From contig CAYMIF010000004.1 in the NCBI GenBank assembly GCA_964390375.1, positions 1 through 63,175 on the forward strand: a stretch of 63,175 nucleotides of DNA, read 5' to 3'. The translations under genes and the position numbers were made by a program. The notes below the pieces were generated by a model, which was not told the origin of the DNA, did no database searches, and saw only the letters and a program-made list of their open reading frames with translations. Positions 34,999-44,903 of the stretch are shown piece after piece; the stretch's first letter is position 1; every line of letters starts with the position of its first letter. The DNA comes from an uncultured Methanosarcinales archaeon. Lineage in GTDB: Archaea > Nanobdellota > Nanobdellia > Woesearchaeales > DSVV01.

Positions 34999-35943
34999 TT
35001 AATCCAGGAACATGATAGTTTTCGTGATGTTGTTTATGCTGTGCACGAGATGGAATGCGTTTATCCCGATCTCAGAGCAGATAGGGCACTCACGTTTCTC
35101 CACATAGTCCTTTATGTCCTGGATAAGATTGTCTTTTATATTTATCACGTCCTCACCAAGGTTCTTAGAGTCCAGGTAGAATGCCTTCATGGAAAGAAGA
35201 TAAGCTTTCTCGATCTTGTTGACAAGAAAAAGATAGTTCTTTTGATACCTCTTTCCTATCCTTTTCGAGTTCTGTGTCATGTATTTTATCGCATCACCAA
35301 GATGCTCAAGGTTCACGTTCAGCTCCCAGAACCTGAGTACATCCTTTCTTTCAAGATTAAGGGAACGAAGAAGAGCATCATCAAGATGTGCGGCTTTCAG
35401 CAGCTTGAACCCAAGAAAGCTCAGCCTGTTGACCTCATAGTCCCTATCCATGATAGCATCAGCATATGAATGGTCTTTGAGCGCAAGCTTGGAATCCTTG
35501 AACATCGAGCGGACGATATTGTCCATCCTCCTCATAAGCTGTAGAATGTCTGTGTCAGCGAGATTTAGAAAAGACCTTGCGACGATCCGATCAGAACTTT
35601 CCTCCACAAGCTCAAGCGCGACCAGGCTGTTGATCCTTCCCTTAACTTCCTTCTTTATTTCAGTAAGGCTCTTTCCTTTGATGATTATGAACTTGTAGCT
35701 CCCCATGTAAGCTGTCGTGATCTCATGTATGACCTTCTTGACAGGTTTTCTATCGACCTGTATCACGACCTCGTCTTCCTGCTGCTTGACCTGCTTCAGC
35801 TCCTTTCTGATGATAAGCTTGTCGACCTGCTCATCGATGTACACCATGTCGCCCGCAGAAAGCTTCTGACGTTTCAGCCAGTCGCGTGGGATTGCAGTGA
35901 CAAGAGAAGAATTCCCAGACTTGACAAGCTTTCGGATCTGCAT
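34999..35943 (-). CDS. AbrB-PhoU phosphate-uptake regulator (archaeal type)
   Basis: RKLVKSGNSSLVTAIPRDW AbrB domain; RDYEVNRL and LEHLGD PhoU motifs. Confidence 0.85.
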   Translation of the reverse strand: MQIRKLVKSGNSSLVTAIPRDWLKRQKLSAGDMVYIDEQVDKLIIRKELKQVKQQEDEVVIQVDRKPVKKVIHEITTAYMGSYKFIIIKGKSLTEIKKEVKGRINSLVALELVEESSDRIVARSFLNLADTDILQLMRRMDNIVRSMFKDSKLALKDHSYADAIMDRDYEVNRLSFLGFKLLKAAHLDDALLRSLNLERKDVLRFWELNVNLEHLGDAIKYMTQNSKRIGKRYQKNYLFLVNKIEKAYLLSMKAFYLDSKNLGEDVINIKDNLIQDIKDYVEKRECPICSEIGINAFHLVHSINNITKTIMFLD

Positions 35944-36098
35944 GATGCATGGTAAGCCGGATGATTATATAAATTTTATTGATAGGATATATACAAAACG
36001 TTTCAGAACAAGAATGGACCGTTAAATATAAGAGATTGATTGATCCCCCACCAAAAATCAAAAACATTAATAATTCAATCTCCCTTCCTTATTAATAT

Positions 36099-36233
36099 AT
36101 GACTAAAGACCTTTCGAAACTCTCTTCGGGAATAGCGGCAAAGGCAAAGGCAGAGACAGCCACGACCGCATTCAGTGACGGCGACATCGTAGAGGCTGAT
36201 GCGAACAATGGAATTGTCCGGAAGATAAAATGA
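36099..36233 (+). pseudogene. 44-aa remnant of a PEP-utilising mobile domain
   Basis: MTKDLSKLSSGIAAKAKAETATTAFSDGDIVEADANNGIVRKIK; the end matches the C-terminus of the next gene; no phospho-His motif; ATGA overlap. Confidence 0.55.
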
Positions 36234-37528
36234 ACATCCGCAACAATCCTGCAAGATGGCACTACTGGGGCAGATGGAACCAGGTCATGCTGTTCACGTC
36301 TGTCTGGGAAGAGTTCGCAGATACATCAATAATAAAAGAGATGTGTCCAAAAATTCGAGGCTGGATAAAGATCCTGCACGGCCATTACTATATTCTAAAA
36401 GAAGATATAGACATCCTGGCAAGGACAATCCAAAAGGACAGGAATGCGTGGTTCAGAAGATTATTCCATCTCTGCGACCAAAACACAGAACAGCTTCTCA
36501 GTTTCCATGGAAGCATTCAAGAATACATAAACAGGCTCACGGATTACCTGGGCTGCTCATTTCTTGTCGAGCAGGCAGACCTCTGTCTTGAAAAGACTCT
36601 TCAGAAGATTGCCAAAAAGCACAATGTCGAGCCTGGCAGGATAATGATGCAGATGCATCCGAAAAGACAGACATTGCTGATGAACTACAAGTCAGCCCTA
36701 AGAAGTATCACTGACAGGAAAGATTTCCTAAAAGAATGGGCCTGGGTGACAACACATGCATTCGAAGGAAAGCCGATGACAAAGGATTCGATCCCGGCTC
36801 ATGCAACAAACAAGACAGGCCAAAAAAAGAAAATAAAACAAGAGCAAGACAACCCAGGAAAAACCAAATTTCCAAAGGAGATCCAAGAACTGATAGATAT
36901 AGGCTCAACCCTGACATTCCATCGCTCAAACCTCATGGAGACTGCAAACAAGGTCAATTTCAGATACAGAGAAGAGATGGAAGAGCTGGGGAAAAAAGAC
37001 AATCTCAGCTATTTCGACATAATATCAATGACGCACCGGGAGATGATAAGCTACATTGATAACAGGACTATCCCAAAGGACCTAAAGGTGAGAAAGAAAA
37101 GGTTTGGAGTAGTATATATTGATAGAAAAGAGGAGATCCTGCTGGGAGATGAACTGGACAAGGAGCTTTGGATCCACGAGCAGAAGATCAAAGACACAAG
37201 GATCAGAGGGACTGTCGCATCCAGAGGCATTGCAAGAGGAAAGGTAAAGATTGTGAAATCCTCAGATGACCTGCAGAAGATCAAGCAGGGCGACATATTC
37301 GTAACAACAGAGACAATGCCTGACTACATAAACGCAATGCAGAAAGCATCAGGATTCATAACAGACCAGGGAGGCATAACATGCCATGCAGCAGTCACTG
37401 CAAGAGAGATGAACAAGCCCTGCATCATCGGGACCAGGATAGCGACAAAAGTGCTAAAGGAAAAAGAATTGGTTGAGCTTGATGCAGAGAAAGGTACAGT
37501 AAGAATATTAAGCAAGACGCGACTGTGA
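36230..37528 (+). CDS. PEP-utilising enzyme mobile (phospho-His) domain protein
   Basis: C-terminal GTVASRG...TDQGGITCHAAVTAREMNKPCIIGT...DAEKG; no ATP-grasp domain seen. Confidence 0.85.
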   Translation: MNIRNNPARWHYWGRWNQVMLFTSVWEEFADTSIIKEMCPKIRGWIKILHGHYYILKEDIDILARTIQKDRNAWFRRLFHLCDQNTEQLLSFHGSIQEYINRLTDYLGCSFLVEQADLCLEKTLQKIAKKHNVEPGRIMMQMHPKRQTLLMNYKSALRSITDRKDFLKEWAWVTTHAFEGKPMTKDSIPAHATNKTGQKKKIKQEQDNPGKTKFPKEIQELIDIGSTLTFHRSNLMETANKVNFRYREEMEELGKKDNLSYFDIISMTHREMISYIDNRTIPKDLKVRKKRFGVVYIDRKEEILLGDELDKELWIHEQKIKDTRIRGTVASRGIARGKVKIVKSSDDLQKIKQGDIFVTTETMPDYINAMQKASGFITDQGGITCHAAVTAREMNKPCIIGTRIATKVLKEKELVELDAEKGTVRILSKTRL

Positions 37529-38185
37529 CAACTGCGATTCAGATATATATCTATGCAAAGCAATAGGAACATACTTTGCAATTTCCGCAGCAGTCCTTTG
37601 ATATTCTTCTGGTTTATTATTGCCGAAATAATTAGGGATTTCAGCTCCGGGTCTGCGGGTAGCATAGGCTTTAAGAGCGACAATCAAAGGCCGGTTCTCA
37701 TCTGCAACTGGCTGATATATCTCATTGACCTTTTCCCAATTTTTCAGGTCCATGGCAAAGACTGCGACAGCATCAGGATTTACAACAGTCTGATCATGAC
37801 CTTCTTTCAGCATCGTCTCAAGGCCCATCCCCTTCAATGTCTCTTCCCGGCAAGCCACTTCCTCTTCCATGAATTTCTTGCCAGCGATCCTAAAATACAT
37901 ATCAGCAATATTCGGAGGCATATCTGACAGATCATCTTTATAATTAGAAAGAGCGATTCTCTCTGATTCAGAATATACATCACCCCTATCAATAGCTTTT
38001 CTTATACCTGCAATCCTCGTTCTCATAGGGATATTGCTTGCCTTGACCTGATCGACCAGGGTTCCGCTCGAGACGCATCTGTATTCATGATCATACCCAT
38101 GCTCTTCAAGAAATACATTGCCAATTATTTCAGCGACAGGCGAACGTCCTGAATTTCCAGCGCATACCATCTCGAATTGCTTCAT
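37508..38185 (-). CDS. Low-molecular-weight protein-tyrosine-phosphatase-like protein
   Basis: VCAGNSGRSPVAE P-loop, SSGT, AMD; large helical insertion; the general-acid DPY is replaced by PNY. Confidence 0.7.
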   Translation of the reverse strand: MKQFEMVCAGNSGRSPVAEIIGNVFLEEHGYDHEYRCVSSGTLVDQVKASNIPMRTRIAGIRKAIDRGDVYSESERIALSNYKDDLSDMPPNIADMYFRIAGKKFMEEEVACREETLKGMGLETMLKEGHDQTVVNPDAVAVFAMDLKNWEKVNEIYQPVADENRPLIVALKAYATRRPGAEIPNYFGNNKPEEYQRTAAEIAKYVPIALHRYISESQLSQSRLA

Positions 38186-38407
38186 ATAAAAAAGAGCCGA
38201 AAAATGTTTTATAAATTTTTCGTTTATACACCACTATACCATAGTAATCTAAAGATAAGATGACATGTCTTGCATTTTTATATATCAGCTATTGCTTACA
38301 TCTTCCGTCTAAAAACCCAAGAACAGAACAACAACAAGAAATAACTACCAAACAATAGTAACAAAAGCAAAAGATTTATAAATAGATGGTTTATACATAA
38401 ATTATAC

Positions 38408-38551
38408 ATGAAGCAGTTCATAATCACAAAGAAGATAGCGAAGCACGGGTCACAGGCGATAATAGTGGTACCGAGGATGCTGGAGCAGCACCTGAGGCCA
38501 GGGACCATGGTCCAGCTCACGATTGACGTCAAGGAAGGTGGATCAGAATGA
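38408..38551 (+). CDS. Small AbrB-like (swapped-hairpin) protein, 47 aa
   Basis: MKQFIITKKIAKHGSQAIIVVPRMLEQHLRPGTMVQLTIDV; not in the ORF track; ATGA overlap with the kinase. Confidence 0.7.
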   Translation: MKQFIITKKIAKHGSQAIIVVPRMLEQHLRPGTMVQLTIDVKEGGSE

Positions 38552-40632
38552 TGACCATGGAGCAGGTCAAAAAGACCGTGACTTCGGCTAATCCTGACTT
38601 CTCAAACTTTAGGGAACTTCATGGCAGCCAGGGCAAGATGAGCAGGATGTATCTCGCAGACCTAGGGGCCCAGACCTATGTGTTCAAGGTCGATGCAGCA
38701 CCAGGAAGCCCTCACGGGATAAGGAATGCACAGAAAGGGCTGAACGTCGACAATGAGGGCCGTATCCTTTTGAATTTCCCGCTTATTGAGGCCATCCAGA
38801 ACGGAATCGTGCCTCTTACCCATATCTACAGGCATAACGGAAGCGTGATTCTCGGAAAGCCGTTCATCGAGAATGCGCAGACCCTGGCAGATCTTGTGAA
38901 GGATGAAAACACAGCACTCTCGAAAAAAGAGATCCTGTCAATCGCGAGCCAGACAGTCGACCGGATGATATACAGCAAGGGAAAGGGCAGCTATCATCGC
39001 GACGTCAGCCCGACAAACATATTGCTCACAAAAGACAGGAAAAAGTATAACGTGCTGCTGATCGATCCGGCAAATGGATGCTCTTTGGACCATAAGCTGA
39101 GTGATGCTCTGCCGACATGCGGCTCAGCAACAGTCACTGATCCGTTTGTGAGCCCGAGGTTCACAGACAACCCTCATCAGGATCCAGAGCTCTCAGACAT
39201 ATACGCGATCGGAAAGAACATATTATACATGGCTCTGGGGTATGATCCATTCAGGATAAATGCAGTCGACGGAAAAATAGAATTATCAGGGATCGATGAT
39301 TTCTTGACAAATGGCAGGATTGACATCGAAAAATACGAGGCTGCTCTAAGAAAGATCAAAGATCAGTTCCCAAGAAAACTCAGGCCGCTTTGGGATATCG
39401 CATACAAGTGCCTGCAAAAACCAGAAAAAAGGATAGGTTCATTTGAGAAACTATTGTCGACAATTGACAGCTACAGCACCTTCAGCATGGCTGAATTCTT
39501 AGGAAAGCATTGGAGCGCGATACTATCTACTGCTGCAGCGACAGCGTTTATTGCGATTCCGGCATCAGTGATGATGAACCACCACCTCCAAAGATCTGTC
39601 TGGGCAGAGCAGAACCCAGGCATAACGACATATATCGACGGGCCAGAGATCAGAAACGAGCTGTTCGAGCTTGTAGCAAATCCGTTCAATCTCATAAAAG
39701 GGACCAAGCCAACAGACAAGCATCCATATGTCACTGTAAGACCAGGAGAGACATTGTCGATCAGGGTAAGGGTCAAGCAGACTCCAAAGCTCCATCAGAT
39801 CCTCACAGAGTCACAGGAACCTGAAGACAGATGGTACGGAACAGGAGCGATGTATCTCCGGTGCCGGGCATATCTGGTCGGCCAGTCAGGGAAGTGGACA
39901 AACAGGGAGATTGAGATAAGGACACTTGCACCAGACGAGAATCAGGAAGTCAGATACCAGCGCGGGCATGACCAGAGCAGGCCTGTAGTCTCATTGAGCA
40001 CAGATGACAACACCCCCGAAGGAGTGTATCAAGCTGCAGTCGAGCTGCTTGCGCCAAAGGATCTCTCAAGATGGGAAAAGGCAACAAGACGGAGGTTCGA
40101 GATAGAGGAAGACCAGATACTGAACAGGATAAGGATACCTGTCTATGTAAGCGAAAATCCGGATGCTGTTGAGGTTGATGACCTGGCGTATATATCAGGA
40201 GCAAGGGCATACTCAAATATGGTATCGATAGAGATAAAGGATCTCAAGGATGAATGGGTAAAGCATGACGATTTCAGCTTCATGATGACAAGAGAGGATG
40301 ACCCCACCAGGCCGATATCATTCCGGCCGTCTTATTGCGGCTATTGGGGCAACGTAAGGATAAGCGGGCTTCTTCCCAAAGACCTAAGAACAGGAAATTA
40401 TATATTCACGATAAGGCATGAGCAGGGCAATAAAGAATCCCTGATGTTCCTTCCGCTGGAATACCAGAGAAATCATACAACAGCAAGATTCATTCATGCA
40501 AAGTCACCACCGACCTTAAGAATCGGACTCCCGGGAGACAACTACCAGAAGGCTACAGAACAGATCAGGCAGCATGCACAAAGGGAATCATTCCTAAACA
40601 TTGCGAATATCTCAAGGACATCTATGCGCTAA
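38548..40632 (+). CDS. Membrane-anchored Ser/Thr kinase with C-terminal extracytoplasmic domain
   Basis: VFK, HRDVSPTNIL, DPA in place of DFG, SDIYAIG; TM at ~aa 323-342. Confidence 0.78.
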   Translation: MMTMEQVKKTVTSANPDFSNFRELHGSQGKMSRMYLADLGAQTYVFKVDAAPGSPHGIRNAQKGLNVDNEGRILLNFPLIEAIQNGIVPLTHIYRHNGSVILGKPFIENAQTLADLVKDENTALSKKEILSIASQTVDRMIYSKGKGSYHRDVSPTNILLTKDRKKYNVLLIDPANGCSLDHKLSDALPTCGSATVTDPFVSPRFTDNPHQDPELSDIYAIGKNILYMALGYDPFRINAVDGKIELSGIDDFLTNGRIDIEKYEAALRKIKDQFPRKLRPLWDIAYKCLQKPEKRIGSFEKLLSTIDSYSTFSMAEFLGKHWSAILSTAAATAFIAIPASVMMNHHLQRSVWAEQNPGITTYIDGPEIRNELFELVANPFNLIKGTKPTDKHPYVTVRPGETLSIRVRVKQTPKLHQILTESQEPEDRWYGTGAMYLRCRAYLVGQSGKWTNREIEIRTLAPDENQEVRYQRGHDQSRPVVSLSTDDNTPEGVYQAAVELLAPKDLSRWEKATRRRFEIEEDQILNRIRIPVYVSENPDAVEVDDLAYISGARAYSNMVSIEIKDLKDEWVKHDDFSFMMTREDDPTRPISFRPSYCGYWGNVRISGLLPKDLRTGNYIFTIRHEQGNKESLMFLPLEYQRNHTTARFIHAKSPPTLRIGLPGDNYQKATEQIRQHAQRESFLNIANISRTSMR

Positions 40633-41513
40633 TCAAAAAGCATCCCGAGAAGAGGGCTGTTGGCTTGATAGAACTGGCGCCCGGCAGCCATCAGATGATA
40701 TGCGTACTTTCCGCTTCTTGCATTGAGGCATGAATAGCCCTTGTCATAGACCAGTTTTTTCTCAAGATCATGTATCCTGGTCAACGGCTCCCTGTCCCTG
40801 CCCTCAAAACCCTTTCGCAGGTTGTCAAGTATCTCTTTGACAAGCAGGAAAAGCTCAGTCACACCGGACTCAGGCATCTTCTCTATGATCCTGTTAAGAT
40901 GATATATCTCCCTGTTTCCGTGTATGACCAATGTAAGAAAGGTCCACATGAACTCTGACTTCTCCATGCCTTTTTTCATGATAACTCTTCTGCAGAAATT
41001 GTCATACCTCTGTATCCTCTCCTCTATCTCCTCAAAAGACTGGTCCGGCTCCTGGCCAAGAAGCCTCTTGTAAGTGACAGAGAGGAGCTGGTCGATGTTC
41101 AGGAAGATCTTTCTGAGGACTGTATCGAACTGTTCGTAAGCAGGCTCTGTCATGTTCTCGACCATGCACGAATTGCCGTCCACATCACTGACCTCAAAAC
41201 CGATAAGCCTGGTCTTCACGACCGATACGAGTATGTCCAGCTGCTTCTTGTTCTGGTAGAAGACCTTTATCTTATCGAATCCAGATCTGTATGTGTTCGT
41301 GATCATTGTCCTGATGGATGATTCAGTCATGTTGGTGAGCCGAATAGATGTATGACGATCACTTGCCGTGCCTTTGCCTGATATGACCAGCCCTTTGCCC
41401 TCTATCTCAATGTCCACCACAGAGCCTTTCTTCAGGTTCTGCTTCTTTGTCCAGCCGGCTGGAAGGCTGACCATTAGGGTTGCTGCGCCCTGCCTGACAA
41501 GTTTTCTTTCCAT
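40629..41513 (-). CDS. AbrB-PhoU-like regulator (second copy)
   Basis: MERKLVRQGAATLMVSLPAGW AbrB domain, YRSGFDKI, GFEV, helical PhoU-like C-terminus. Confidence 0.8.
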   Translation of the reverse strand: MERKLVRQGAATLMVSLPAGWTKKQNLKKGSVVDIEIEGKGLVISGKGTASDRHTSIRLTNMTESSIRTMITNTYRSGFDKIKVFYQNKKQLDILVSVVKTRLIGFEVSDVDGNSCMVENMTEPAYEQFDTVLRKIFLNIDQLLSVTYKRLLGQEPDQSFEEIEERIQRYDNFCRRVIMKKGMEKSEFMWTFLTLVIHGNREIYHLNRIIEKMPESGVTELFLLVKEILDNLRKGFEGRDREPLTRIHDLEKKLVYDKGYSCLNARSGKYAYHLMAAGRQFYQANSPLLGMLFD

Positions 41514-41660
41514 ACAGGCCAGAATCCCAAAACAACTATATAAATCTTTCCATTTAAAATATACTAGTATAAACATATAACTTAATATATATAGATTAAT
41601 AAAAAAGTTTAAATCAAGACAGGTAATCAGCCAATTCATTACTACTTAAAGGTGATAAAC

Positions 41661-42527
41661 ATGAAAAAGATGTTAAGATACATGACAATCGGAATCGCAG
41701 CATTGGCTGCAAGCATCACGTCGAATGGCTGCTCTTCTGTCAAAGCAAGAGAAGCAGAACAAGATATGCTGAACACCGCCCCGGCAATGTCCTACGAGGA
41801 AAAAAGCCAGGATACAGCAGAGCAGAAAGCTCTCATTGTCAGGGACCAGCCTACGGCGCTTGATCAGCTTGCAGAAGAAGCACCTGTTCTCGGGTCAGAG
41901 GAATCAGGAACAGACATAAGCATGATATTGGACAGCAAGTTCAAGAGCAACTACATAACAAGAGGATTTGTCTTGACCGACGGACCTGCAAACCACACAG
42001 CTCTCGACATATTCATTGACTCAGACTATGGCACGACAATGATTGAGCTTTGGGGAAACTATGATGTGGATCAAAGAAAAGTCGATGAGGTCGATGTCTG
42101 GCTCAGGCATTCAAAGGATTTCGGTCCATTCACCGGCTATGTCGGATTCAATGGTTTCTATTTTCCAGTGCTTGAGGATCAGATCGAGACAATGTACGAG
42201 CTGAATGTCGGTGCGCAGTTCAAGGCACCTGGAAATCCGAACATCTGGATGGCACATGACGTGACTGGAAACGGGACCTATTTCGAGCTTGATCTCAGCG
42301 AGACTATAGACCTGTCCGACCAGCTGAGCCTGACGCCTAAAATAAAGATCGGAAGAAAGGCAGGCTACATGGATTTCCACGAGACACACATGGACGCAGG
42401 AGCGACGCTCTCACAGCAGCTCAACGACAATGTTTCACTCTACCTGGAAGCAGGCCACATGAAGACATTCAGCAGCAGCCCAGACAGGTCTTACATCAGT
42501 CTTGGCATGAATATCGCTACGAAATGA
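41661..42527 (+). CDS. Secreted/lipoprotein with TorF/Gcw_chp-like beta-barrel signature
   Basis: Signal peptide ending NGC; SNYITRG...GPA, WGN, EVD, YFP, ELNVG, alternating amphipathic strands, YISLGMNI at the C-terminus. Confidence 0.55.
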   Translation: MKKMLRYMTIGIAALAASITSNGCSSVKAREAEQDMLNTAPAMSYEEKSQDTAEQKALIVRDQPTALDQLAEEAPVLGSEESGTDISMILDSKFKSNYITRGFVLTDGPANHTALDIFIDSDYGTTMIELWGNYDVDQRKVDEVDVWLRHSKDFGPFTGYVGFNGFYFPVLEDQIETMYELNVGAQFKAPGNPNIWMAHDVTGNGTYFELDLSETIDLSDQLSLTPKIKIGRKAGYMDFHETHMDAGATLSQQLNDNVSLYLEAGHMKTFSSSPDRSYISLGMNIATK

Positions 42528-42659
42528 TCTTTTATTGCTTTTTTAAAATTTTTTTCTTGTCTTTATTCTTGATTTACCATCCAAACACCCCATAAATTAT
42601 AACCACCACACAGTAACTAAAAAAAACAACCTTTTTAAACCTGGCTAAAACCCCAATAG

Positions 42660-43268
42660 TTGATGAAATACATATATATAGCCCGTCACGGCCAGACAAA
42701 AGAGAATGAGAGCATGATAATCCAGGGCCAGCTGGACGGAGAGCTCTCAGCCAAGGGCATACTTCAGGTCCACAGGCTGGGAATATCCCTATATAATGAA
42801 GGGATAGAGCTCATAATCTCAGGAGATCTCGGCAGGCAGAAGCATTCAAGCGACATTGTCAACGGCTATCTCTTCACAGGATTGGAGTTCACGCAGGATC
42901 TGCGGGAAAGAGGAGCAGGAGAGCTTCAGGGAAGGAAATACAATGAATTCGGGATCGAAGATGAACTGGGATTTGACTGCTATGGTTCAGACGGCCAGGG
43001 CATTTTTGAGACATTCGAGACCCTCCAGTCAGTGAGGCAGCGTGCAAGAAGGGTTCGGAAGATGGTCTATGACAGCCCTGCTGAAAGGATACTTCTCATG
43101 GGTTCTGGATGGATAAACAGCTATATACTGAACTACGTCCTCAGGGAGGATCTTGTATATCATGACCAGGACAACGCAAGAGTTCATTTCATCGAGACCA
43201 CAAATGCAAGACAGGTCAAAAGATATGAGCTGAACAAGGACTTCGGACCTGTCCAGACCACTGCCTGA
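42660..43268 (+). CDS. Histidine phosphatase (phosphoglycerate mutase family)
   Basis: ARHGQT, QGQLD, LRER...G.LQG; second His apparently replaced (MGSG). Confidence 0.82.
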   Translation: MMKYIYIARHGQTKENESMIIQGQLDGELSAKGILQVHRLGISLYNEGIELIISGDLGRQKHSSDIVNGYLFTGLEFTQDLRERGAGELQGRKYNEFGIEDELGFDCYGSDGQGIFETFETLQSVRQRARRVRKMVYDSPAERILLMGSGWINSYILNYVLREDLVYHDQDNARVHFIETTNARQVKRYELNKDFGPVQTTA

Positions 43269-43308
43269 GGAAACCTTTTTAATTTACTAACATACTCCGA
43301 TCAATATA

Positions 43309-44280
43309 ATGGTCTCATCAGAAGAAATAAGACAATACCTGCTCAGCATCGGCCCACAAGAGCTTGGCCTGGATTCTGTCGATGACCTTACCATAACAGA
43401 CCTTCCCAAAGGGCTCTGGAACTTCAATTACCTGGTAAAGGCAGGACGAAAAAAGCTTGTCTGCAAGATCTATTCTGACAACATACCCGGACTCCTCTTT
43501 CCGAACAAAGGAAAGGATGAATACATTGGACTGAGGATCCTGCAAGAAAAGGACATCAGCCCAAAGCCGATACTGTTCAAAGAAAAGGCCATCGACAGCC
43601 GTGATATACTTATATATCAATATGTGGAAGGCAGCCAGCTCACAGTATTTTCTGATACCATAATAAGGAACATAGCCAAGAACCTATCAAAATTTCACTC
43701 TATCAGGAAGGCAGAAGGGATACCTACCAAGAAAGAGACATTAGGAAGCCTTATGAAGGACATAAGAGACACCTACAAGAAATGCAAAAAAAAGCAGGTC
43801 AAAGGGCTTTGGGCTTTCGATCCGGCCATGAGAAAGGCAGAAGAATACTGCAGTCAGGACATAGGCCATCCGCCCGCAATGATACACGGAGACCTCTCAC
43901 CCTGCAACATCATCGTGAACCATGACAAGGTTACTTTCATCGACTGGCAGCGGCCGACAATAGCTGATGCAGCATTCGACATATGGGCATTTCTTGAGGA
44001 TGCATTCATAAGATGGGACAAAAAACAGTTCTTGACAGATAAGCAAAAAGAGCTGTTTTGCAGTAGTTACATTACAAAAGACAATGATATATACGAGCGC
44101 ATGAAGATAAAATCCCCGATATATTACCTGAACATCGGCCTCTACTGCCTGATGAGATATCATGATTTTAAAACCGGAATAGTAGACAGGGAGCAGGCCA
44201 GAGGTAGAGAGCATAACTGGGACAGGTACAGGGTTGTGGCAGACTTCTGCAAAAAAAAGCTTGAACAGGATTTCTTATGA
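43309..44280 (+). CDS. Aminoglycoside-phosphotransferase/choline-kinase-family protein
   Basis: GLWNFNY, IHGDLSPCNI, FIDWQ. Confidence 0.82.
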   Translation: MVSSEEIRQYLLSIGPQELGLDSVDDLTITDLPKGLWNFNYLVKAGRKKLVCKIYSDNIPGLLFPNKGKDEYIGLRILQEKDISPKPILFKEKAIDSRDILIYQYVEGSQLTVFSDTIIRNIAKNLSKFHSIRKAEGIPTKKETLGSLMKDIRDTYKKCKKKQVKGLWAFDPAMRKAEEYCSQDIGHPPAMIHGDLSPCNIIVNHDKVTFIDWQRPTIADAAFDIWAFLEDAFIRWDKKQFLTDKQKELFCSSYITKDNDIYERMKIKSPIYYLNIGLYCLMRYHDFKTGIVDREQARGREHNWDRYRVVADFCKKKLEQDFL

Positions 44281-44384
44281 GAATCCTAAAAAACAACTCT
44301 GGCAAATCAAGCATTCCCACAAATTTAAACCCAAAATTTTGTAGATTTCTTTAACCTATAACCAAAACATTTATATATCTATTA

Positions 44385-44398
44385 TGCATTATAATGCA
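44385..44398. promoter_or_regulatory. Palindromic operator between the TATA box and the DUF134 start
   Basis: Perfect 14-bp palindrome TGCATTATAATGCA, downstream of TTTATATA (44370-44377), 3 nt before the ATG. Confidence 0.5.
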
Positions 44399-44401
44399 AA
44401 A

Positions 44402-44902
44402 ATGCCAAGACCAAGGAAGATAAAATCAGTGGATTTCGAGCCAGAGGTCACGTATTTCAAGCCCAGGGCAGTGCCCCTCAGCAGGCTCGAAGAGGTAGAG
44501 ATAGGATTTGAGGAGCTGGAAGCGCTTCGGCTGGCAAATATCGAGAAGCTGAGCCAGTCAGATGCAGCCCAAAGGATGGAGATACATCAGTCCACTTTCC
44601 AGCGGACCCTGGCCCGGGCAAGGGAAAAGGTAACAGATGCACTGGTCAATGGCAAGGCAATAAAGCTTCATGGAGGTGACTATAAATTGCCAGGAGGAGA
44701 TGGAACAGGACCTAGAGGGACAGGTCCGATAGGTAGAGGAAGAGGCTTTGGCGGCCGCGGAAGGATGGGCGGCCCGTTCGCTGCAGGCCCTGGAGGAAAA
44801 TGCGTATGCCCTAAATGCGGGCATGAGCAGGCTCATGGGAGAGGAACACCCTGCAACGAGATCAGATGCCCTAAATGCGGAACACTCATGACCAGAGGAT
44901 AG
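44402..44902 (+). CDS. DUF134 DNA-binding protein with Gly-rich linker and C-terminal zinc ribbon
   Basis: MPRPRK, YFKP, EELEALRL, Q..AA..M, ARxKV.DALVNGKAI; CVCPKCG...CPKCG. Confidence 0.88.
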   Translation: MPRPRKIKSVDFEPEVTYFKPRAVPLSRLEEVEIGFEELEALRLANIEKLSQSDAAQRMEIHQSTFQRTLARAREKVTDALVNGKAIKLHGGDYKLPGGDGTGPRGTGPIGRGRGFGGRGRMGGPFAAGPGGKCVCPKCGHEQAHGRGTPCNEIRCPKCGTLMTRG

Positions 44903-44903
44903 G

